DNA of 64,000 nucleotides from an uncultured beta proteobacterium (GTDB lineage Bacteria; Pseudomonadota; Gammaproteobacteria; Burkholderiales; Burkholderiaceae_C): NCBI GenBank assembly GCA_963750805.1, contig CAVVSV010000015.1, positions 7,468 to 71,467 of the forward strand, read 5' to 3'. Shown piece by piece: positions 55,624 to 64,000 of this stretch (position 1 is its first letter; each line of letters starts with the position of its first letter). The notes under the pieces were generated by a model. It saw only the letters and a program-made list of their open reading frames with translations, ran no database searches and was not told where the DNA came from. The position numbers and the translations under genes were made by a program.

Positions 55624-58428
55624 CTAAATCTCAATATCCGTGCCACTATCACCCTTGCTGGGTTGAGACTTGGGAGCTTGATGGTCATTGGTCTGACGAA
55701 CGACTGTTTTGTCAAATTGATCGGTACCAGGCAACGAATTGATAACGGTTGCCTGAAAATCCACTGGCTTTGACTCTTTCGGAGAGGACGGTGCAATAGC
55801 CATCGTTTTTTCATTTTGGCCAGTAGCCGGAGAGGTTGATGGCATGACTGACGAACTGCCTGAGTGATCAAACCCCAAGTCACCTGACATGCTCCCCATG
55901 ACCTCACGCAGATCAGCAGCAAATTGATCACCATCCTGATAACGGGTTTCGGGCCTTTTGCTCAGCGCCAACGCGACCAGATTTGCCAAACCTTCTGGCA
56001 ATTCCTTTCGAACGATTCGGATGTCGGGCGCTTCTTCATTCGCAATCTTGAACATCAACTCCGCCATGGAATCTCCGCGAAACGGAAGTACGCCAGCCAG
56101 CATCTGGAACAGCATGACACCCAGTGAGTAAAGGTCGGAGCGGCCATCGACTTTCTTGCCAGCCAACTGCTCTGGTGACATAAAACTTGGAGTTCCCAAA
56201 ACCATCCCGGTTTTTGTCTTGCTGGAGTCGGTGATCCGCGCAATACCAAAATCGGTAACTTTCACGGTGTCGGTCGCGCCGTCAAACATGATGTTGGCAG
56301 GCTTGATGTCACGGTGAACGACATTTTGCTTGTGTGCATAGGCGAGCGCTTCTGCCACTCTCGCAACGATAGACAAAACTTTGGGCACCGGTAGCAACTG
56401 ACCGTCTTTGCAGGCGTCGGCCAAATCTTTTCCCTTCAGAAATTCCATGGCAATGTAAGCCAAGTCGTGCTCTTCGCCGGCATCGAAAATAGTGACGATA
56501 TTTTGGTGTTGCAATCGACCTGCGGTTTCTGCCTCCCGGAAAAACCGTTCGCGGGCATCCGCCAATTCGTCGCCCTCAAATTCCTGGCTCAGTGCCATGG
56601 TTTTGATGGCCACAACACGACCAATTTTTGGATCCTTGCCCAAATAGACGACGCCCATGGCGCCTTTGCCCAGCTCCTTTTCAACCTGGTACCGCCCCAA
56701 CATCGGTTTTTCGACAGCGCCTCCGTCCAGCAACATCGTTCCACCCGGATGCGCGCCGCCACCACCCAGCATGACTGTTTCAGAAAGATTTTTGGCGCGA
56801 TTGAGTTTGGCCTTGATGTCCTTGTAGTTTGCATTGAACGCGGCCATGTGTTCATAGACGGCCTGTGCCTTGTTGAACTGGCGCTTGCGCTCAAAATCCA
56901 GAGCCAGGCTGTAAAGGTTGCCCATCACGGCTTCGTTCATGGGAACTCTGCGGAAGCGGTCAAAGGCCATGTCCAATTGCCCCTGTCCCTGCAAGGCCAG
57001 ACCCATCATCCGGCTGGTTTCAGCGGACTCCTCATCAGCCTTGATTTTTCCAGCTTCAGTCATCAGGAATCGCTTGGTGGTGAGGCCCAGGTGACCCAAC
57101 ACCAGCAGCATCGCAGGGAAGACCAACTTGAGCCACATGGCAGCGCCAGAAAGCAAGCCAAATTCGGCGCCGAGCAAGATCACGAACAGGCCCAGAGTGA
57201 CACCTGCTGCCATACCGGCCGACAAACGGGGAAGCGCCACAATCAAATACGCGGCTACGATGAGGAAAAGTGCAAAGGTCGCCCAAATGCCCCAGCCAGG
57301 TTGAACAAGGAAGTGTTCACTGAGAATGCTGGAGGTAATGTGCGCAATGGTCTCGGCAGGCGACAGGCCCGGATACCCTGGCACCGGAAACTGAACACCA
57401 ACGCCGGCGGCCGTCGCGCCAATGATGACAATCTTGTCGGCATACTTGGACGCAGGTATTTTCCCGTTCAGCACGTCATAAAAAGAATCCACTGCAAATG
57501 CCGGTTTGCCATCCTTGCCTTTGTAAAACTGGGGCAGCATCAACGCCGATTCGTCAGTTTTGATCCGCAATTTCCCGATTTGCACCGATTCACCCGAGTT
57601 GAGCTTGATGTCACTGGACAAAAGGTTCAGGCTTTTCACGGCCGTCAACAGCGCCATCGAAGGCACCGCTTTTCCGTAGTAGTTCACCAAAAGAGGTTCC
57701 TGGCGTACTGCGCCATCGACATCTTGAAACTGATTGAGGTGGGCGATGCCCGCCGCAGCGTTGCCAAGTATTTCAATGGGTTGTTGCCCCTTGGTTGCCG
57801 GAACAGAGAAACCCGAGGCTTCATCCAGCGCGCTTTTGAGTGCATAGGCGGGAAGTGGGTTGTCGGGCTTTCCCTGCGGCTCACCCAATGTGAATACGGA
57901 TGGCAGCAAGACGTTGCCCGCATTTTTCATGCTGTTGGCAAGAATGGCATCGGTGTCCAAAGCAATTTCCGCTTCGCTGATCACTTTGGCCAGCTGTTCA
58001 TTGGTGCCGGATTGGACGCCACTACCCTCAATGGTTGACCCGGCGGCAGGCGGACTTCCAATGACTTCTTTCATTTTTCGAATGAACGTCAAACCGCGGT
58101 CTACCTGTGGTTCAAAGAAAAAAGCCGTGTGGACGATTGTTTTTGCCTTGGCGGCTACCAGCTGATCGATCAACTTCGCATGAATATCACGCGGCCATGG
58201 CCAGCGGCCAATGTTGGAGATGCTTTGGTCATCAATCGCAATGACAGCGATTCGGTCTGAAGGTTGCCGACCACTGCTGGTGCTGGCGAAGTCATAGAAG
58301 CGACGCTCCAACGATCCGATGAAATCAGTGGCTGAATGCAATGCAACAACTGCAACCACGATTAAAACGCCAGCGAACCAATCGGAACGCCAAAACTGAC
58401 TCTGCCTGGATGAAGATGAAGTAGCCAC
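55624..58428 (-). CDS. CHASE2-domain transmembrane Ser/Thr protein kinase, 934 aa
   Basis: N-terminal TM plus a CHASE2-like periplasmic domain and TM bundle. A Hanks kinase follows (GKGAMGVVY, VAIK, HRDIKPANIMF, DFGIAR, GTPSFMSPE), then a low-complexity tail. Confidence 0.85.
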   Translation of the reverse strand: MATSSSSRQSQFWRSDWFAGVLIVVAVVALHSATDFIGSLERRFYDFASTSSGRQPSDRIAVIAIDDQSISNIGRWPWPRDIHAKLIDQLVAAKAKTIVHTAFFFEPQVDRGLTFIRKMKEVIGSPPAAGSTIEGSGVQSGTNEQLAKVISEAEIALDTDAILANSMKNAGNVLLPSVFTLGEPQGKPDNPLPAYALKSALDEASGFSVPATKGQQPIEILGNAAAGIAHLNQFQDVDGAVRQEPLLVNYYGKAVPSMALLTAVKSLNLLSSDIKLNSGESVQIGKLRIKTDESALMLPQFYKGKDGKPAFAVDSFYDVLNGKIPASKYADKIVIIGATAAGVGVQFPVPGYPGLSPAETIAHITSSILSEHFLVQPGWGIWATFALFLIVAAYLIVALPRLSAGMAAGVTLGLFVILLGAEFGLLSGAAMWLKLVFPAMLLVLGHLGLTTKRFLMTEAGKIKADEESAETSRMMGLALQGQGQLDMAFDRFRRVPMNEAVMGNLYSLALDFERKRQFNKAQAVYEHMAAFNANYKDIKAKLNRAKNLSETVMLGGGGAHPGGTMLLDGGAVEKPMLGRYQVEKELGKGAMGVVYLGKDPKIGRVVAIKTMALSQEFEGDELADARERFFREAETAGRLQHQNIVTIFDAGEEHDLAYIAMEFLKGKDLADACKDGQLLPVPKVLSIVARVAEALAYAHKQNVVHRDIKPANIMFDGATDTVKVTDFGIARITDSSKTKTGMVLGTPSFMSPEQLAGKKVDGRSDLYSLGVMLFQMLAGVLPFRGDSMAELMFKIANEEAPDIRIVRKELPEGLANLVALALSKRPETRYQDGDQFAADLREVMGSMSGDLGFDHSGSSSVMPSTSPATGQNEKTMAIAPSSPKESKPVDFQATVINSLPGTDQFDKTVVRQTNDHQAPKSQPSKGDSGTDIEI

Positions 58429-58614
58429 GTCCTGCCCGTAATGAAGTTGGTCTCTTTGCCTGATGGGTATCAGTCAACAACACCTTGAAAAAGTTGTTTT
58501 ACAAGGTGTTTCCAAAAAACGTCACGTTAGCAGACACGGCCCCCCGCGACAAGTGACTTGTTGAAATCGGCTTGTCGTTTTTTTGCGAAAAATTCGTGAG
58601 AAATTTGGCAACAG

Positions 58615-59313
58615 TCAGCTGGAGGCTGACGATGGGGGCGATCGTTTCTGCATGATCTTGCCGACTGCAATCACAAAGGCCGCGCCGATCGCAGCCGCAA
58701 GATAAAACTGCATTGAATGGCTTGGAAACCAGTCCCTCAGTATTTTGTCGCTCACCATGGCCTCGCCAGCGACCCATCCGATCAAGCCTGCACCCACCGT
58801 CACGATGATGGGAAAGCGCTCCATCAACTTGATCATGAGTGTGCTGCCAAAAATCACGATGGGTATGGCAATGGCCAAACCGATGACCAGCAGGGTGACA
58901 TTGCCGCCGGCCGCCGCTGCGACGCCAATCACGTTATCCAGACTCATCACAAGATCCGCAATCAGGATGGTGCGAATGGCGGCCATCAAGGTGCCGCTGT
59001 GTTTTTCTTCACCTTCGCCGCCATCGTCATCACTGAGCAATTGCACACCGATCCACAGCAGCAACAAGCCGCCCACAATTTGAAGATAGGGCAACTCCAG
59101 CAACTTTGCGGCAACCACTGTCAGCCCGATTCTCAAAATTACCGCCGCAGCAGTTCCCCAGAAAATGGCTTTCTTTTGCTGGTCTGGCGGCAATGAACGG
59201 GCAGCCAAGGCGATGACCACAGCGTTGTCGCCCGACAAAATGATGTTGATCCAGATTATTTTGAGCAGACCAATCCAGAATTCGGCACCTTGAATTTGTT
59301 GAAGTATGTCCAT
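58615..59313 (-). CDS. TerC/YjbE-family integral membrane protein (second paralogue)
   Basis: LSGDNAVVIALAAR and MSLDNVIGVAAAA repeats. The ATG at 59313 is preceded by GGAGA. Confidence 0.8.
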   Translation of the reverse strand: MDILQQIQGAEFWIGLLKIIWINIILSGDNAVVIALAARSLPPDQQKKAIFWGTAAAVILRIGLTVVAAKLLELPYLQIVGGLLLLWIGVQLLSDDDGGEGEEKHSGTLMAAIRTILIADLVMSLDNVIGVAAAAGGNVTLLVIGLAIAIPIVIFGSTLMIKLMERFPIIVTVGAGLIGWVAGEAMVSDKILRDWFPSHSMQFYLAAAIGAAFVIAVGKIMQKRSPPSSASS

Positions 59314-59345
59314 GGGGTGTCTCCGTTGACTTGAGGTGTTGAATG

Positions 59346-59384
59346 CAAAAGGCGCCCACAACAAGCTGTTCTGGGCGCCTTTGG
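59346..59384 (-). terminator. rho-independent terminator after sucD
   Basis: AAAGGCGCCCA ... TGGGCGCCTTT inverted repeat. On the minus strand the stem is followed by TTTTG. Confidence 0.65.
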
Positions 59385-59456
59385 GTTGGGCGATAGTCTA
59401 GCGGCACGCAAGCCGCAACCGAGTCGGTAATACTGCTTACATCAACAAGGTTCTGC

Positions 59457-60350
59457 TCAAAGTTGGGCTTTGAGCAAATGTCCCAACTCTGAAGGGTTGC
59501 GTGTCACGATAAAGCCGCATTCTTCCATGATCGCCAATTTGGCATCTGCCGTGTCGGCACCCCCTGAAATCAGCGCACCAGCATGGCCCATGCGCTTGCC
59601 GGCAGGGGCGGTCACCCCGGCAATAAAACCAACGATGGGTTTCTTCATGTTCGCTTTGCACCAGCGGGCGGCATCGGCTTCATCGGGGCCGCCAATTTCA
59701 CCAATCATGATGACGGCATCGGTGTCGGGATCGTCATTGAAGGCTTTCATCACGTCGATGTGCTTCAGACCGTTGATCGGGTCCCCGCCAATGCCGACTG
59801 CCGTTGACTGGCCCAAGCCCACTTCGGTCAACATCGCGACGGCTTCATAGGTCAGCGTTCCTGAACGACTCACGACGCCAATGCGGCCTTTGCGGTGAAT
59901 GTGGCCGGGCATGATGCCGATTTTGATTTCGTCTGGCGTGATGATGCCCGGGCAATTGGGCCCCAGCAACAATGTCTTTTTGCCGCCAGCGGCTTCTTTG
60001 GCCCGCATGCGGTTGCGAACTTCCAGCATGTCCTTGACGGGAATGCCTTCGGTAATGCAGATGGCCAGGTCCAGGTCGGCCTCAACGGCTTCCCAGATGG
60101 CTGCCGCTGCGCCAGCGGGTGGCACATAAATTACGGAGACCGTGGCGCCGGTTTGGGATGCCGCTTCCTTGACGGAGGCAAAGATCGGGATATTGAAGAT
60201 GGACTCGCCCGCCTTTTTGGGGTTCACGCCCGCGACAAAGCAATTTTTGCCGTTGGCGTATTCCTGACATTTTTCAGTATGGAATTGACCGGTCTTGCCG
60301 GTAATGCCCTGGGTGATGACGCGTGTGTCTTTATTGATGTAAATCGACAT
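59457..60350 (-). CDS. sucD: succinyl-CoA synthetase alpha subunit
   Basis: [21 protein letters not shown] and the catalytic-His region MGHAGA. Confidence 0.95.
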   Translation of the reverse strand: MSIYINKDTRVITQGITGKTGQFHTEKCQEYANGKNCFVAGVNPKKAGESIFNIPIFASVKEAASQTGATVSVIYVPPAGAAAAIWEAVEADLDLAICITEGIPVKDMLEVRNRMRAKEAAGGKKTLLLGPNCPGIITPDEIKIGIMPGHIHRKGRIGVVSRSGTLTYEAVAMLTEVGLGQSTAVGIGGDPINGLKHIDVMKAFNDDPDTDAVIMIGEIGGPDEADAARWCKANMKKPIVGFIAGVTAPAGKRMGHAGALISGGADTADAKLAIMEECGFIVTRNPSELGHLLKAQL

Positions 60351-60365
60351 GTTGGTTCTCCGGGC

Positions 60366-61526
<1,161 letters not shown>

Positions 61527-61645
61527 GAGGTCTCTCTCAGGAATGGGTGGGAAGAACTGTGCAGACTTGGAATGTATCATGCTGCAACGCACCAATCTTT
61601 AAGGCAACTTACAGTCCAGGGTGTCAAGGAATTACGGAGTGACCC

Positions 61646-62581
61646 ATGTTCAAGGTATTTATTGATGGCGAAGCCGGTACAACCGGCTTGCAAATTCGGG
61701 AACGTCTGCAGCTCATGCCGGCCATCGAAATGGTCAGCATTGCACCTGAACTGCGAAAAGATCCCGCTGCCAAACGTGCGCTGATGGCGCAGGTTGACCT
61801 GGTTGTGTTGTGCCTTCACGATTCTGCCGCTATTGAATCCGTAGCAATGATTGACGATATTGCAAGGACTTCAGGCCAACCAGGTCCCAAAATCATCGAT
61901 GCATCGACGGCGCACCGCACAGCGTCGGGATGGGTGTTCGGGTTTCCCGAGCTTGTCGCCGGTCACAGCGATCTGGTTCGCAGCGCACAGCGGGTTGCCA
62001 ACCCGGGTTGCTATGCCACAGGTGCCATTGCCTTGATTCGCCCGTTGGTGGATGCCGGTTTGATTCCCCGGGATCATGCGTTGACCTTGCCCGCGGTGAG
62101 CGGTTATACCGGTGGTGGCCGTTCCATGATTGAGGCCTACGAAAAAGGCGAAGCGCCCGCGTTTGAGGTCTACGCCCTGGGGCTCAAACACAAGCACCTC
62201 CCCGAAATCATGAAATACACGGGGCTGAGCCGCCGCCCGGTGTTTGTTCCTTCGGTGGGCAATTTCAGCCAGGGCATGCTGGTGCAGTTGCCGCTGGATC
62301 TGGACTGTTTGCCTGGCAAGCCTGGCGCACAAGATTTGCACGTCGCGCTGGCCCAACACTACGCGGGCAGCGAGTTTGTAACGGTCGAAGCGCCCACAGC
62401 TGGCGACAAGATTGACCCGCTGGCGCTGGTAGACACTAACAAAATGGAACTGCGTGTGTTTGCCAATCAGGGTGCCGATGATGACTTCCACCACGCTGTT
62501 CTGGTGGCCCGCCTGGACAATCTGGGCAAAGGTGCCAGTGGCGCTGCCGTTCAAAACCTCAAGCTGATGCTGGGTCTTTGA
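61646..62581 (+). CDS. argC: N-acetyl-gamma-glutamyl-phosphate reductase (type 2)
   Basis: [21 protein letters not shown] and the active-site NPGCYATG. Confidence 0.9.
   Translation: MFKVFIDGEAGTTGLQIRERLQLMPAIEMVSIAPELRKDPAAKRALMAQVDLVVLCLHDSAAIESVAMIDDIARTSGQPGPKIIDASTAHRTASGWVFGFPELVAGHSDLVRSAQRVANPGCYATGAIALIRPLVDAGLIPRDHALTLPAVSGYTGGGRSMIEAYEKGEAPAFEVYALGLKHKHLPEIMKYTGLSRRPVFVPSVGNFSQGMLVQLPLDLDCLPGKPGAQDLHVALAQHYAGSEFVTVEAPTAGDKIDPLALVDTNKMELRVFANQGADDDFHHAVLVARLDNLGKGASGAAVQNLKLMLGL
61829..61870 (+). repeat. dispersed tripartite motif, copy 12 (argC, sense)
   Basis: GCTAT TGAATCCG TAGC AATGATTGACGATATTGC AAGGACT. Confidence 0.55.
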
Positions 62582-62612
62582 CGTTGCCAAAGGCAATTCC
62601 TTTAATTGCCAA

Positions 62613-62654
62613 GCTACAAAATAAGTAGCAAACTATTGTTTAATGACGTGGACT
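62613..62654 (+). repeat. dispersed tripartite motif, copy 13 (argC-recX intergenic)
   Basis: GCTAC AAAATAAG TAGC AAACTATTGTTTAATGAC GTGGACT. Confidence 0.7.
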
Positions 62655-62672
62655 TGAGGGGATTTTAACGCC

Positions 62673-63152
62673 TCAGTCGTCGTCATGTGTCCCTGCAACA
62701 ACCTTGCGGATCACTTCACCCCCGAACCCTCGGGCGGCCAGAAACCGCATCTGCTTGCCGCGCTCAGCCGGTCCTGCCTGGACATCGGCTGATTGGGTGC
62801 CAAACTTGCGTTGCCAAACCTCACGGGCGCGCGCCAGCTCGGTGCTTTTCAGCCCGGCCACAGCCTCAATCACGGCGTCGCGATCCAGCCCTTTGCCCTG
62901 CAGTTCCTGGCGAATTCGCGATGTACCCAGCTTGGCTGAGCGGCGGTTGATGACCGACTCAATCACCCGCGCCTCGCTGATGAAGTCTTTCGCCTGCAAC
63001 TCATCCAGCGCTTTGGCCAGCTCGCCTGGGGCTTCTTCATACGATTGAAGCCGACGTTCCAGCTCGGCGCGTGAATATTCGCGCCCGCTGAGCAGCCGCA
63101 GGGCCCGGCCTTTCAGTGATGGCTGCGCTGGCGGGATATTGGTTGGATGCAT
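62673..63152 (-). CDS. recX: recombination regulator RecX
   Basis: 159-aa helical-repeat protein directly downstream of recA. Confidence 0.85.
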   Translation of the reverse strand: MHPTNIPPAQPSLKGRALRLLSGREYSRAELERRLQSYEEAPGELAKALDELQAKDFISEARVIESVINRRSAKLGTSRIRQELQGKGLDRDAVIEAVAGLKSTELARAREVWQRKFGTQSADVQAGPAERGKQMRFLAARGFGGEVIRKVVAGTHDDD

Positions 63153-63156
63153 GAAT

Positions 63157-63198
63157 GCTACTGATTAAATAGCAAACTATTCATATCTGGCAGGGACT
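63157..63198 (+). repeat. dispersed tripartite motif, copy 14 (recX-recA intergenic, reaching the recA stop codon)
   Basis: GCTAC TGATTAAA TAGC AAACTATTCATATCTGGC AGGGACT. Confidence 0.7.
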
Positions 63199-64000
63199 AT
63201 TCGCCTTTTTTGCTGGTAGCTTTGGTTTTTGGGGCAGTTTCAGGCTCCACGGGCAGCAAGGGAATGCCCAGCGACTCGCGCACCTTGTTCTCGATCTCAA
63301 TCGACAGGGCCGGGTTCTCGCGCAGGAACTCACGCGCGTTATCGCGGCCCTGGCCAATTTTTTCACCGTTGTAGGCGTACCAGGCACCGGATTTATCCAG
63401 GATGTTGGCGGTGACGCCCATGTCGATGATTTCGCCATGGCGGCTGATACCTTCGCCAAACAGGATGTCAAACTCGGCGGTTTTGAACGGGGGCGCCACC
63501 TTGTTTTTGACGACCTTGACCTTGGTCTCGTTGCCAATCGCATCGTCACCCTTTTTGATGGTGCCGGTGCGGCGGATGTCCAACCGTACCGAGGCGTAAA
63601 ACTTCAGTGCATTGCCGCCGGTGGTGGTCTCGGGCGAACCAAACATTACGCCAATCTTCATGCGGATCTGGTTGATGAAAATCACCGTGCAGTTGGTCTT
63701 TTTGATGTGGGCGGTGAGCTTGCGCAGGGCCTGGCTCATCAGGCGGGCTTGCAGGCCAGGGAGCGAGTCGCCCATTTCGCCTTCCAGCTCGGCCTTGGGT
63801 GTCAATGCAGCCACCGAGTCCACCACGATCAGATCGACGGCGCCAGAACGCACCAGGCTGTCCACAATTTCCAGCGCCTGCTCACCGGTGTCAGGCTGGC
63901 TGATCAGCAAATCCTGAAGGTTCACGCCGAGTTTTTGGGCGTACTGAATGTCCAGTGCATGCTCGGCATCCACAAACGCGCAAGTGCCTTGCAGCTTTTG
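63197..64000 (-). CDS. recA: recombinase RecA (partial, N-terminus beyond window end)
   Basis: FVDAEHALD..., [12 protein letters not shown]..., [26 protein letters not shown]. The reading frame continues to the window edge. Confidence 0.95.
   Translation of the reverse strand, partial: QKLQGTCAFVDAEHALDIQYAQKLGVNLQDLLISQPDTGEQALEIVDSLVRSGAVDLIVVDSVAALTPKAELEGEMGDSLPGLQARLMSQALRKLTAHIKKTNCTVIFINQIRMKIGVMFGSPETTTGGNALKFYASVRLDIRRTGTIKKGDDAIGNETKVKVVKNKVAPPFKTAEFDILFGEGISRHGEIIDMGVTANILDKSGAWYAYNGEKIGQGRDNAREFLRENPALSIEIENKVRESLGIPLLPVEPETAPKTKATSKKGE

Noticed and set aside
44681-58428. Interpretation of the AT-richer block as a classical genomic island or prophage.
   Set aside because: No integrase, transposase, tRNA or flanking direct repeats were seen, and no phage structural genes are present. 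Only the compositional and motif-density anomaly is retained, as a finding.
58547-58584. Hairpin CGACAAG...CTTGTCG followed by T7 on the plus strand, plus a nearby 9-bp inverted repeat AACACCTTG/CAAGGTGTT at about 58479-58510.
   Set aside because: The terminator orientation is plus, but no plus-strand gene ends here. In the minus orientation, after the second TerC gene, there is no U-tract. It could still be a bidirectional terminator or an operator for the kinase operon, but the evidence is too thin.

Overview
GC-rich betaproteobacterial (Comamonadaceae-like) chromosomal segment with about 50 genes. It is mostly core metabolism and maintenance: mmsA, purEK, t6A genes tsaC/tsaB-rimI, dacB, pyrF, uvrA-MFS-ssb, moaC, sucCD, argC, recX-recA and three EamA transporters. 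Four things stand out. (1) A two-partner-secretion locus (18.1-34.3 kb) encodes TpsB, a 4351-aa TpsA exoprotein and a FecR-domain protein. The TpsA gene carries several families of near-identical in-frame tandem repeats (708, 744 and 636 bp units). (2) A visibly more AT-rich block runs from 44.7 to 58.4 kb, all on the minus strand. It holds a six-gene signalling operon: CHASE2-Ser/Thr kinase, PP2C, FHA, CHASE2-cyclase, class-II-type cNMP phosphodiesterase and a GAF-fused GspE/PilB-type ATPase. Downstream of that operon come a sigma-54-type pilA and two putative pilin-glycosylation membrane enzymes. (3) A candidate yybP-ykoY Mn2+ riboswitch lies upstream of one of two TerC paralogues. (4) A dispersed 42-nt tripartite motif with fixed spacing (GCTAY-N8-TAGC-N18-GGGGACT) occurs at least 14 times. 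Copies lie in intergenic DNA and inside unrelated genes, in all three reading frames and in antisense, and I could not assign them to any known repeat family. No rRNA, tRNA, CRISPR array, transposase or integrase was seen. All calls come from reading the sequence and the translations, and no database search was run.
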